This document shows positions 26,801 through 39,319 of a stretch of DNA of 64,000 bases, piece by piece. The translations under genes and the position numbers were made by a program. How positions within the stretch are numbered: position 1 is the first letter of the stretch; every line of letters starts with the position of its first letter. A model generated the notes under the pieces. The model was not told the origin of the DNA and searched no databases. It saw only the letters and a program-made list of their open reading frames with translations. Location: NCBI RefSeq assembly GCF_006345805.1, contig NC_043008.1, forward strand, positions 32,736,001-32,800,000. Direction: 5' to 3'. Source of the stretch: Octopus sinensis. Lineage: Eukaryota.

Positions 26801-27084
26801 ATAAATAATAAAGGAATTTGCACAAATTTTGGTACTCCCAGACGAAGGATTATGGATTTGATATTCCAGCTTTGTTACAATACTTACACAATGTCACAAC
26901 TTTTAGTCCTCCTGGAGCAGCATACAAATCTTATAGTCTAGCTGTTTTAAAATAAGTATTATTAGAGAAGTGTTAGTATTTTAAAGGAATTGTACTGTTG
27001 CTTTTACGGAATAAAATGAGGAGTAGATGGGCGTTTATACATCTATATATGTATGCATGCATGTATGTATGAATATAAATATGG

Positions 27085-27284
27085 ATCAAAACAGTTTGAT
27101 TCACACTTGTTGGTACTCCAAGTTTCAAGCGTAATGCTAATCTTCAGACTTTTTGAATTTGAATGATTTTATTACCGTAAGGTGTGCTGCGATTGGTTGG
27201 TCGAGGAAGATCACGCTGTGTCGTGGTTTGATGGTGGAATATCAAACTCGGAGTACCAACGAATTTGAATCAAACTATTTTGAT
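27085..27284. mobile_element. MITE, same TIR family as 2002-2145
   Basis: ATCAAAACAGTTTGATTCA..GTTGGTACTCC / GGAGTACCAAC..TGAATCAAACTATTTTGAT. Confidence 0.65.
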
Positions 27285-27419
27285 TCATGCATGTAACTCC
27301 CTACAAAATTTATTGAGTGCATTATACTTACACGTACAAATATAAACATATTTATACACGCACACACACACACACATGCGCACACGCACGCACAAAAACA
27401 CACACACTTATATACACTA

Positions 27420-27812
27420 CTAGCAGTATCGCCCGGTGTTGCTCGGGTTTGTAAGGGAAATAACTATAAAGCATTTTTAGAGAGTTATAGCCAAAAAATA
27501 GCAAAAAAATGCATTAAAAATGGAAAAAATATCATGGTAATTTTTTTTTAAATTGTTGACTCATCGTAAACATTTTTAGAGAGTTACTTCCCTTATATTA
27601 AAAAAATATGCATTAAAATGGAAAAAAATGATGGTAAATTATTTTTAAAATCGTAGACTCATCGTAGACGCGCGCTAATACCCAGAAGGGCTCGATATGA
27701 ATCACGACTATAAGATACCCGGTTTTGGTTAAACTGCACCGCAAAATGTGGGAGTAGTTAGGAATCTAAATCAGAGTAGACAGACACACAACCATACTTC
27801 TTTATATAAAGA
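27420..27812 (-). mobile_element. Non-autonomous Helitron (393 bp)
   Basis: Minus strand: A|TCTTTATATAAAG.. 5' end, subterminal hairpin CCCGAGCAACACCGGG, ..CTAG|T 3' end; insertion between A and T with no TSD; internal duplicated block CATTTTTAGAGAGTTA..GACTCATCGTA. Confidence 0.8.
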
Positions 27813-28001
27813 TGTGTATACAGAAATGTATTAATGTATGTATTGTGTTGGTATATGCGTGAGTACGCTTATGTATGCATGCGCATATATATAATGCATA
27901 AATGTATGTATGAATATATACATATACACATGCATATATATATATATACATATATACATATATACATATATACACACTACGTGCACGCACACGCCTACCC
28001 A

Positions 28002-28045
<44 letters not shown>

Positions 28046-29314
28046 TGCACACATGGATGTATATTTCTCATGTATGAGATAATTAGAGACTAAAATATTT
28101 TGCAGTAAATTAATTAAGTTGCTAATGAAGTCGAATATTTCAAAGAGAACGCGCACGCCATCTAAATGTATCATAAACACGCATGCTTGACATCATTGAT
28201 GCATTTAATTGTTGTATAACTGTGCTGAAGGAATCTATAGTTGGCCGCCCAATCTGCATGAAATAGCAGCTAAATCTTTTGAATTACAGTCTTTTGTCTG
28301 AAGAAACTTGTTTAATCAGTAAAACTTAACAAAGCGACGTTAATATAAAATTAGATGGTTGTTAAGAAGTATATGTTGCTTTGGGAGTACCACTTGTCAC
28401 CAAGATCGGCGCTAGGAAATGCGCGACCCAATGAAAGAACTATCAGTAGGGCCCTCTGCTCAACGAAAGCTGAAAATTGATGTTTTATGTTTCGTGTAAT
28501 TCATCAGTCCCAGCCACGAGTGTTGACGGCTTAAGGGTCCACCATAAGTCACAATGATATACTAAAAATTCATTATAGAGTCTTCCACTCAAGCGTGTAC
28601 GCGGAGCCCTCTCTTGCCGTTGTGCCCAATTTGAACAACTTTATCTAACTGGCCCCTCTTGTCACCCAAGTAGTCAATGGGGTGCACGACAGTTTCAGCT
28701 ACAACAGCTCTTGTAATATAATTATCTATAAATTAATGTTTATTTTCATTTTGTGTTATCCGAAAATTGGACAGCCAATGCAAGATCCGCTTAAGTAATT
28801 AAGTACACGAGGGCGGAGAGGTGGTAAACTCTTTAGCAGGCCAGAAAAAATGCTTTGTGGAATTTCGTTCGTCTTTACGTTATGAGTTCAATTTCCGCCG
28901 AGATCGAGGTCGACTTTGCTTGTCATCGTTTTGGGTTCAATAAAATAAAATAAATCCTATTCACCCAAGCCCTCATCTGGCACATTTTTGGTTAAACTTT
29001 GCTAGGACTTGTATGCAACAGAAATGTAATTCGGTAAATAAAGTTAGGTGCTTGAGTAAAGAATATTCTTCAGGCACTTCACCAGTTTTATCATCAAGCT
29101 GCCTCCACCACAATAGCTTGATCGAGCCTCTGAAGTGTGACAGCCAAAGTAAAATGGACCTTAAAGGATTTGAACTCATTTCAAGATTTTGCCCTATTTC
29201 TTTTTTTTTTTTTTTTTGTCATTCCTGATATTTCTAGCATTCGCAATAAGCCAGTTATTAATAAAATCAATACGAAACAATACTTAAAGATATTTTGTCA
29301 ATAAATATTTTACA

Positions 29315-29401
<87 letters not shown>

Positions 29402-29849
29402 TGATAACAGGTACAACAAGGCACCAAAAAGCTTTATGGGGCTTTTTTTACTGGAAAGTAATACATTTGTATCGCATAATTTTTTTCATTATATATATAT
29501 CTTCATCATCATCATCATCATCATTTTAACGTCCACTTTTCATGAGCACATGGGTCGCACGAAATTTCACGAGGCGAATATTCTACGACCGGATACCCTT
29601 CCTGTCACCAAGAATATTGATTCACAGAATACTGGAAACAAAGGACACACATGCTTTACTTGTGCATACACCAAGTGTAAAAGCATACATCAACTGCTAC
29701 ATACAGCAAATACATACACGCACACAAGTTACATATACACACGTCAAAGTCACTCACCTCCATTCACACATACACACTTACACACTCATACACGCCATTG
29801 TGACATACACACACACGTTTGCGCAGTTCCTCTTGTTGGGATCGCCATG

Positions 29850-30060
29850 AATTATCACCCCTTCATTCAATGGCTCCTTGTTATTATCTCCTTTTCATTC
29901 AACCTATTTTTTCCAATCAATAGCCATGTTGGACCACCGAAATCTGCAGGGGGGGGGTTTCTGTATTTATTTCCTATCCCAGAAAGAGCGTAGGCTCGAA
30001 ATGTAAAAGACTTTTCCATTTCGTCTGAGCGTCAAACTAATATACTTGCTTGTTCTTCCT
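29850..30060 (+). mobile_element. Penelope-like terminal repeat remnant with decayed hammerhead
   Basis: AGAAAGAGCGTAGGCTCGAAATGTAAAAGACTTTTCCATTTCGTCTGAGCGTCAAACTAATA matches the minus-strand units near 38560 and 9430. Confidence 0.5.
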
Positions 30061-30805
30061 ATACTCGTCTTCGTCTTCCATAAATTTCTATAAATTTGAA
30101 CTATATAATTTAGTATAAATGTCTCTGAAATTTAGCTGAATCAATCACCAGTATCAAGCACACATACGATATGAACATTTATATAATGTGTGCATGCATC
30201 ATTGTGCTTGCTTATGTAACAACATTGAAGGGAAGCAGAAAATATTCTGCTTCTATGGCGCCATGTGTAATGTATTCTGGAGCTTGACTCACAGTATGTG
30301 GGTTTAATTGGGTTGCGCGCCGTAGATACATTTTAGCTGAAAATCAGTGATAATCGTACCTGTCTGATACCAAACTGTTAGTTAATTTACTGAATTAGAA
30401 ACAAAGTTTCATGTCTCTAATTGGCAAGTTTTCAATTAGCTTGAAAACATTTACTCTTTACATTGAATAATTAAAACTAAACAGGTGGCATATCTTCGCG
30501 AAAAGCTATAATCGATATAAGTATGTAGAAGTCTCTACATTCACCCCAAGAAGATAAAAGACAAAGTCAAGCATTTAAGAATTTCAACTCATAACAAAGT
30601 GAGTCGCAGCATAAATACGGTCTCAAAGGCTTTTGACGTTGTTCTGTCGCTCCACATCATTTAATATTTTATAGTAATTTCGTTTACACCAGTAAAAAGC
30701 AAATTTCATATTTTCTTTCCTCTCATTACACTTTTTTTCTCGCTTAGATTTATTTCCTTTCTACCTCTTTCTACCTCGATCTACCTCGATCGTTTTTAGT
30801 TATAG

Positions 30806-31195
30806 GTAAGGCGGCGAACTGGCAGAGATGTTAGCACGCCGGGTGAAATGCTGAGCAGTATTTCGCCCGTCGCTACGTTCTGAGTTCAAATTCCGCCGAG
30901 GTCAACTTTGCCTTTCATCCTTTCGGGGTCGATAAATTAAGTACCAGTTACGCACTGGGGTCGATGTAATCGACTTAATCCGTTTGTCTGTCCTTGTTTG
31001 TCCCCTCTGTGTTTAGCCCCTTGTGGGTAGTAAAGAAATAGGTATTTCGTCTGCCTTTGCGTTCTGGGTTCAAATTCCGCCGAAGTCGACTTTGACTTTC
31101 ATCCTTTCGGGGTCGATAAATGAAGTAACAGTTGCGTACTGGGGTCGATCTAATTGACTGGCCCCTCCCCCAAAATTTCGAGACTTGTGCCTAGA
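30806..31195 (+). mobile_element. Composite (internally duplicated) family-A SINE with a perfect 14-bp TSD
   Basis: GTTTTTAGTTATAG at 30792-30805 and 31196-31209; the B-box plus central domain occurs twice (about 30880 and 31060). Confidence 0.88.
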
Positions 31196-31499
31196 GTTTT
31201 TAGTTATAGATTCAATAAAACCGACACTTTTGCGTCAACATTTCTTTTTTTGTTATCTTAATATACTTAATATTTCTCTAAATTCTTTATGATCATTATT
31301 ATTGCTATTGTTGCTTTTGCTGATTTTATTCCATTCTTATCAATTCTACATGGAGAAAAGATTAGCTTTTCTACTTTTTCTTTGCTTTTATGCTTTTTTT
31401 CTTCTTTTAGTCTAAAAGTTATTGTAAAGATGAATAGAACAAAAATATGAATTTTTTAGGTCGACGTTTTTGTACTTCTAGACAGATCGATATAGATTA

Positions 31500-31500
31500 C

Positions 31501-31534
<34 letters not shown>

Positions 31535-31617
31535 TAAAGATAATAATAATAATAATAATAATGATAATAATAATAATAATATTAATAGTAATAATAATAA
31601 TAATAAAAATAATAATA

Positions 31618-31652
<35 letters not shown>

Positions 31653-31706
31653 ATATTATTATTATTATTATTATTATCATTATTATTATTATTATTATTA
31701 TCTTTA

Positions 31707-31737
<31 letters not shown>

Positions 31738-31738
31738 A

Positions 31739-31773
<35 letters not shown>

Positions 31774-31790
31774 CATTGTTGTTGGTGTTG
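31500..31790. repeat. (ATA)n/(TTA)n compound microsatellite with a strand switch
   Basis: Directly visible. Confidence 0.95.
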
Positions 31791-31869
31791 TTGTCGCCAT
31801 AGCTGGAGATGTATTTTTGGAATGCTGTAAGTTTATGACTAATTCACTTATTTTAAAAGGGTCTATACT

Positions 31870-32286
31870 GTATTTTGTTGGTTAAATCGTTTTGCAAGCC
31901 AGTCGCCAGTCAGATTCAACCTGAAAAGAAAATTGAGGCTAGAGAGGGAGGTACTGTCACCCAGTAAATTCGTTGAAAAGTGGGTGAATGTGGCAAGATT
32001 GGTCCGCGTGAATGTGCCTACTCTAAGTGTGCGCCTGTTGGCCGGATGGAAGGGAAAAGAGAGGGTGTCATCCTGAGGAGCCTTTGATGTTAAGGGGTCC
32101 AAAGTGCATGAGGTCTCTTTGGTCACCTTATAGTTGAACTACCCCCATTGGGGAAGCACATTGTTGATTTAATCTCTTTGTTAATCGTTGTGTTTTTTGG
32201 CTGTTTACACGTTTGACCTCACTGTCCCTCGTTTGTGTATTGTGCTTTATGTTTTGTGTTCGGCCCTGGTGACCAATAAATAAAGA

Positions 32287-32345
<59 letters not shown>
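31870..32345 (+). mobile_element. 3' end of a Tx1/L1-clade LINE with an (ATT)n tail
   Basis: Translation LKRKLRLEREVLSPSKFVEKWVNVARLVRVN resembles Tx1-type ORF2 C-termini; 3' UTR ends AATAAATAAAGA(ATT)n. Confidence 0.6.
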
Positions 32346-33358
32346 CGTCATCATATTTATCATTATTATTTTATTTCTTTTAGAGTTACCAGCAACAACG
32401 TATTCATACGAGCTCGTGAGTTTTGAAAAGTTATCGGATTACTTGCCAAATTGGATGTTTTTTGTGTCGTTTTAGAGTGGAGCCGTACCATAGAGAGGTA
32501 AGGAGGTTATTTTTTTCTTGACTCTTTCATTTCCCACCGTTTGAAAAAAAAATCTTACTCTAGAAACTAGAGTAAGGAAATGCTCCCATAAGGCTGATGG
32601 CAACGTATATATACACCCGCCCCAAAACAATTAACAGAAAAAGTGACTAGTGGACAATCATTTTGACAAATAAAATTGTCAAAAATAGTTTTTAAAATGT
32701 TAGCTTGTCAGTGTCACAAACTAGAAATGATCACGAAAATTTGGTCGCTTCCCGGGGAAAAAAATGCGACAGATATATTGCAAGAAATAGTGTTTTCCTT
32801 CTCGGGAAATGCAGCCAGGAAAGGGGAAAATATTTCAACTTCTGGTTTTCCAAAAACGGAAGATCCTTCTTTATACTCCGAAAGATACAGCGACTGGAAG
32901 TCTTGGTCTATATATGATACGCTTGTTTCATCAACTGAAGTAGGACATTATAGAATTGGCCTTCAAAACTAATGATGTAACTGGGTAGCACATGATAAAT
33001 AACCACACGGTCTGATGCCGCATTATATCGGAAGCTGCACCTCTAGGGTCACGACAAAAGACATTGCCACCCTTGCAGAATAATATGGAAAGTTAAGGAT
33101 TGCAGTGATGAAAAACAATATGTAGTCGAGTTTAGATCGGTTTAGACATAAATGTGCTTATGACCCCAAAGGCCAGATAATTATTTTGAAGCTGTACTCC
33201 TTGGTGGAAGCACATAGGAAAGAAATAAGTCTGATGGTACGGGGTAGAAAGCTTTGTTTCTAAACGTAAGATTGTATGATCCGCTTGAGAGTTTTCAACC
33301 CAGACGAATTGCGAGTTGTGTGGATTACAAATATAATAATTGACTCATTCATTAATTG

Positions 33359-33628
33359 TTAATTTTGTTGCTGTTGTTGTTGTTGTTGTTGTTCAATAGC
33401 TAGTTCAGTGTAATTTCTTAAATTTTCAACTACCTTCTGTACAACATCATAATCATCTAGTATTGCCATGTGGATATTTATCACACCATTGTCATTTCTC
33501 TCATAGAATATGATTTCTGGTTTATTAGGCGCCGTATTCATTGTTTCATAACCCGAGTGAGATATGTTCCCGCAATCTGAATGGGCATAATCAATGGTTA
33601 AGCAAGGGCTAGCTTCCGGAACCTGTCG
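33359..33628 (-). CDS. Protein-like C-terminal tail in the -1 frame overlapping the end of the SEFIR-like exon
   Basis: 89 open codons RQVPEASPCLTIDYAHSDCGNISHSGYETMNTAPNKPEIIFYERNDNGVINIHMAILDDYDVVQKVVENLRNYTELAIE(Q)9N*; overlaps the preceding frame by 31 nt. Confidence 0.4.
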   Translation of the reverse strand, partial: RQVPEASPCLTIDYAHSDCGNISHSGYETMNTAPNKPEIIFYERNDNGVINIHMAILDDYDVVQKVVENLRNYTELAIEQQQQQQQQQN

Positions 33629-34069
33629 CTAAACATGGGTGTTTCGAAAAAATGGTAATGCTTTGCGTCTGGTGGAACCATGAGGGGATAATTCACTACG
33701 AATTCGTTCCAGATGGTCGAACCATCGATGCCAACCAGTACACCAAACAGCTGGTGCGGCAAAAATATTCGGCATTGATAAACAGACATCAATCTCTTCA
33801 CTAGCAAGTCAGGCAAAACCTCATACCGCTCGAACGATCCGGAATAAACTCTAGGAACTTGAAGGAATCGAACTGATGCCATACTCAGCATATAGTCCGG
33901 ACTTAGCTCGCTCAGATCCCTTAGCTCCCTTACACAGATCGATGGTTCACTTCCAGCGTTCGCAACGCTTCTTCGAGAGGAGGTAGAAGCTTCAGTGAAG
34001 GAGAAAAATGGTTTCTGGCGGTACAACACGTTGGCCACTACTTTGAATGCTAGACTACTTTTGTTGTAA
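33598..34069 (-). CDS. Exon D of a SEFIR-domain (IL-17 receptor/Act1-like) gene
   Basis: 472 nt open and relatively GC-rich; acceptor TTATTTGCTTTATTCGTCTAG| with CTGCTAAC branch-like site upstream. YNKSSLAFKVVANVL..VRFLQV..YEVLPDLL..IFLPHQLFGVLVGIDG recalls the SEFIR C-terminal motifs. Coding status is firmer than the family call. Confidence 0.65.
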
Positions 34070-34285
34070 CTAGACGAATAAAGCAAATAAGTTTTGACAC
34101 AACACACTATTTTGTATCGAGTGTTTCAGTGTTAGCAGTCATGTTTGTTCACTCTTTACTTTGTATTTTGCCATCATACACTATATATTTTTCTTAATTT
34201 TTTTTCTACAAGATTATGCACTATCAGCTACATCATCTTACTTCAGTGCGTAGGATATTTATTGTATACTTTAATTCACACTTAC

Positions 34286-34313
34286 ATTATCTGTTCTGTT
34301 TTCCGCTTGTCTT
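34286..34313 (-). CDS. Exon C, 28-nt microexon (E)DKRKTEQI(I)
   Basis: TTGTTACAG|AAGACAAGCGGAAAACAGAACAGATAAT|GTAAGT; phase 1 to 2 bridges exon B (ends phase 1) and exon D (starts phase 2); 216-nt downstream intron. Confidence 0.6.
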
Positions 34314-36332
34314 CTGTAACAATATATACTTTGTTTTATTATACTTTTTATTATCTCGTCGTCTGTTGTGAGTATGCAATTGTATATAACATAGTTTAAG
34401 GTGTTAATTGAATTGGGTATTGTAATATTATGGCATATTATCTCCCTTCCCAACCAGCTGATAGCGTCCCTTAAATTATATCTTCTAGGGTGCCAATGGA
34501 ATTTTGTAGTGTATTCTTTTTCTGTTTTATTTTGTTCCTCCATCATTCAATATCAATGTAGTCTCCACACTTTTTGTATCCACATCGCGTAATGTCTTTC
34601 TCATCCATTTTAGAAAATGGCGGATGACATAATCAGTAGAATATTGAACGAAATGCCTTGTAGTGTTTGGTCCAGTTGTTTACGATCTGTGATCAATTCC
34701 AGTCGTGACCACCTTTGCTTTTCATCTCTTTGGATTAGTTAGATAAAATAACTACCAATGAAGCCAATATAAGCCACCATCTCCTCCTACAAAAATGTTT
34801 GAACTTGTTTCTATGTTCGAAATCAGACGGAGGTGGATTGGTAGAATAGTTACAGCATCGTTACAAAATATCTCGCAGTACTTGTGTACATCTCTTTGCA
34901 TTCTGAGTTCAAATCTCACCAAGATTATAATTTCCTTTCATCCTTCCGGTATTAATAAAAGAAACCACCGGTGTAGTAGCGGCGTCAATATAATCTTCTA
35001 ACACCTCCCAATTATTTCTGGCCCTGTGCCAATATTAGAAGCAATTCTATTATCATGGGTGTAGAGCATGATAGAAACGGTAAGGGAATAAATAAAACGC
35101 TTTGCAAGAGACCGTACCATTTCTAAATGTGTTTGTTTTTGTGCTTCTCTTGAAAATTATTTATCTATTATTTTGTTATTTATTTTATAAAGTTAAATTT
35201 AGATTTTGGAATTTACGCGCCAGAAGAAATTCAATATTTTAATTCTAGACGGAATATCTTTCACACTTTTCCACTTCGCCTCCCCCGTCCCCCACCTCTC
35301 TCATTTTCATCTCACATACTCAAACTATGTATACACATATATACAGACTTGCACACAAGACGATATATATGCAAATACATACACACACTGGATAGGGTGT
35401 AAGATCTTGAAAAACACCTGGGTTTTCTAATATGAAAATGTACAAAAGACGCTATTCCGTTGAGTTCTATGGAATTTTATTATAGCTCGATGTTTGGTTA
35501 AGAATGGTGAGGGTGGTGCTTCGAAGGAATTATACAGTAACATTCGATATTTCTATGTCATTCTTTAATACCTTTTAAGATTATCGAATTAAATACACCC
35601 TCTTTTTATAATGTTGTTTCTTGCTTGCTGCAGTTCAGTTTTTTTCCTGTCGTTCTATTCTCGTAATCATCTTTTTGTTATTTTCCTATAATTTATTGTA
35701 TCTTTCTTTATTCTTTGTCTCCTTTTCACGTCCTTTTTCTTCATTTTTAGCTCTTATTCCTTTTTCTTTGGCTTTTGCTTTTGTGTTTCTTGTCTTCTTT
35801 GCTTTCATTCTTCTTGATCTTGTCATCTCTTTATAATTCATCTCATATTTCTTGCCATTCTTCACCCTCTCTAATTCCTAACCATTTCGTTCCTACCCTT
35901 CCATTGTTTGACATTCCCCTCTCTTACTTTTCCCCATTTCTCTCCTACTCTTCCATTTCTTTACGCTCCCTCTTTTATTCTTCCCCATTTCCCTCCTACT
36001 CTTCTCTTATTTTCTTTTCTTCTTTTCCACTACATCCTCCTCATATCTCATTTTCCACTAACCCCACTTCTTCCTTTTCTTTTTAATATAATCTAGAGAT
36101 TATATTTCTGTAAAATCTCTAGAAGACATAAAAAACTTCTTAATGGTCAACATTTTGTCTGTTCTTTCTCCGTCCAGCAAAGAGACATTTAAACTTTTAT
36201 TTTATATTCTCGAAGACAATCGCAATGTTCGGATAACTGAAGTGACAATATTTCACTTTTCCTATCTTAAGTACATATTCTGTTCTAGACACTACGTTTT
36301 GGTTTATTTATTTATTTTTTAGCCAAAGTACA

Positions 36333-36502
36333 GACATGGCTGTGCGGTTAAGAAGCTCGCTTTACAACTTCGTGGTTTCGGGTTCAATCGCACTGCGTAG
36401 CACTCTGGACGAGTGTCTTCCGTTGTAATCTGGTCCCTACAAATGCCTTGTGAGTGAAATTGGTAGAGAGAAACTACTGGAAGCCTGTCGTATATTTATA
36501 GA

Positions 36503-36536
<34 letters not shown>

Positions 36537-36705
36537 TGTTTGTCCTTCGCTACTGCATCGAAACTGGCGTTGGTTTCCTTACGGCCTCATACATTAGCAG
36601 TTCGGTAGTATCGACTGATAGAATAAGTACCAGACTTCAAAAATAAGTCAGTTTGCTCGACTAAACCCTTTAAGGCGATGCCTTTACCTAGCTGAAGTTC
36701 AATGA
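36333..36705 (+). mobile_element. SINE family B with internal (GT)n(GC)n
   Basis: ATGGCTGTGCGGTTAAGAAG, GGGTTCAATC B box, GAATAAGTACCAGACTT tail. Confidence 0.75.
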
Positions 36706-37713
36706 CTAATCAATTAAACTTTAATTAGTAAAGGATGAACCAAGAGAAGTAATACCAATTAAGTATATTTGCCAAAGGAAAGTTGCTAGGTGATTCTTAG
36801 TCTGGATCTAGCCTGGGAGCTAAGTACATATCTAAAATTAAGTCACTTGGTGATACTGGGAGATAAAGCAGATCGATCGAACCTTAGGGTAGATGGCAAT
36901 ACTGTGAATATGCAACTAAAAGCGTACAGTCATTAGTTTGCATAAATTATAAATTTAATGAATAACAACTCATTTCAAGCATGTCTAATTTAGTTGAGAG
37001 TAAAAAAAAGAAATTTTGAAAAAAAGAAGATCAAGGAGTGGTTGAAATGATTGGAAATCCTTTTTCTTGCAGATATTTCTATATATTACATAACCTTGTT
37101 TGAGTGTAGATTAGCGATTTGTATTGCGTACTAAGAAATTACGTATTAATTAAAATATGGCACTGATTATAGATTCGGTGTAAGATGTAGTGCTATAATT
37201 AACACAGGACAATTAGAATTCTTAATCGAAATAATTTCACTTATCTTTCATTTCGACGATCATGAGGAAAGTCCTCGCAATTTCTCGTTTATCATCAGGC
37301 AGCAATCCATTATAAAACTGATGTCTTTGATGCATAACCTCAAGTTAGCCTCAACCAAGTCGATCCCCAGATCAACTCGTGGGCATCCATTTCTTTTACA
37401 CACACAGAATTTCTTTCAAGTAGATGCACAAGGCCTGAAATTTGGGGAAGGGAGCGAGTCGATTACATTGACTTCATTGTTCAAAAATAAAAACGATAAG
37501 CGTTACCCCTTTTCAAGCCTAGCCAGGCTCATGGGCCCGGTTTCCCGGTTTCTGTGGCGTATGCGTTTCCCCCAGCTGGACGGGACGCCAATACATCGCA
37601 GCGTTACTCAAGAAACAGGAAGAGAAAGTGAGAGAAAGTTGTGGCGAAAGAGTACAACAGGGGTGTGTGTGTGTTTGTGTGTGTATGTGTGTTTGTGTGT
37701 GTGTGTGTGTGTG

Positions 37714-37763
<50 letters not shown>

Positions 37764-38249
37764 TTATGTGTGTGTGTGTATCAAAACAAGAGATTGGAAA
37801 AGTTTCTGGTACTATTTACCATTACACATATATTTGCTAGTAGGAGTTACAAAATTGCACACGTAGGAGAAAGCATGTAATATATCACCTATAAGAAATT
37901 CCTAAGACAGGGAATAAAAAAAATATATATTTGAATCTCTGTCTAAAGTGTTTCTAATAGTCAATATCTTTCATGTTTTCTACTACATGTACAATTTTAT
38001 AACTCTTATTTACCAAATAAAAAACGTGTAATGGAGAATGAATAATGCCAAAATCTTTTTCAAATTTTTATTTTGATATTATTACTCTGCAAAAAATATT
38101 TTCCAGTATTATCAACTGTTATGCATGTCACACACATATATAACATCTACATAGCAATTTGGAATACGAGAATGAGCAGAGTGCTTCAAGAGGACACAAC
38201 TTGTATTTTAACCCTCTGTACAAGATAGATAGATATATATATGTATGTA

Positions 38250-38297
<48 letters not shown>

Positions 38298-38556
38298 ATG
38301 TATGTATGTATGTATACACACACATATATATATGTATGTATGTATGAATGAATGTGTATGTGTGTCTCCCTGGGTCGATTTGTTCGACTAAAAGCCCATG
38401 AAGCCGGGGCCTCAGCATTACCGCTGTCAAATGACTGAAATAAGCAAAAATATTATATATATATAGTTGAAATTTACAGAAAAACAAAAGACAAAAACAG
38501 GCGTATAAACAACAACAAGTAGGTGTATTAGTTTGACGTCAGGAAAGTGAGAAAGT

Positions 38557-38592
38557 CTTTTACATTTCGAGCCAACGCTCTTCAACAGAAAG
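38557..38592 (-). ncRNA. Minimal hammerhead-like motif (A6 variant) in a Penelope-like terminal repeat
   Basis: Minus strand CTTT-CTGTTGA-A-GAGC(GTTG)GCTC-GAAA-TGTA-AAAG: stem I CTTT/AAAG, stem II GAGC/GCTC. Confidence 0.45.
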
Positions 38593-38959
38593 GAACAAGA
38601 GAAAATTAACAGAGAGATAATGAAAAAAATTTTTAAAAGGTTCAAACATCGTGGTATATTGGAGCGATTTTTCATCAACGGAAGAGTCCAGTGAAATCCA
38701 TATATATCCAGTGGTAATCCAGGTGGCCAAAGCGTAGGAGATTGAAGCAGGATAAAACAGGCGTGATAACGTGAACGTGTGTCTCGGGAGAGTCATTCTC
38801 TTTTAGTGCCTTATTATTTAACTCACTCACCGGTTTAATTTCCACTCCTTTACTTATTTATTTTTTCTAAAAGTTTCGTTGCGTCTTGCAACCTTTCCAA
38901 TGGTCGTTGACTCTGTCGGTTATCCAAGTTGCGTTCTTTTTTGTTTGTTTGTGCGTATG

Positions 38960-39251
38960 TGTGTGGATCAGTGTGCATGCGCATACACATATGTATACAT
39001 GTATGTATGTATGTATGTATGTATGTATGTATGTATGTATGTGTATGTGTGTATGTGTATGTAAGTATGTGTGTGTATGTGTGTATGTGTCTGCGTATGT
39101 ATATATATATATATATATATATACATACGCAGACACATACACACATACAACACATACTTACATACACATACACACATACACATACATACATACATACATA
39201 CATACATACATACATACATACATACATACATACATGTATACATATGTGTAT

Positions 39252-39319
<68 letters not shown>

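Noticed and set aside
28973-29228. Overlapping plus and minus ORFs of about 70 aa
   Set aside because: No consistent splice-site pair leaves an open frame; no homology recognised.
32676-32972. 98-aa plus-strand ORF with faint transposase-like words (NATDIL, YSDW)
   Set aside because: Starts at TTG, has no recognisable catalytic motif, TIRs or splice support.
33640-33660. Programmed -1 frameshift at U_UUU_UUC to reach the downstream tail
   Set aside because: The -1 frame meets TAG at 33631-33629 before the tail begins.
36816-36885. Alternative phase 1-to-2 bridging exon GSIDLLYLPVSPSDLILD
   Set aside because: Acceptor TAAG and donor GTACTT are much weaker than those of the 28-nt microexon.
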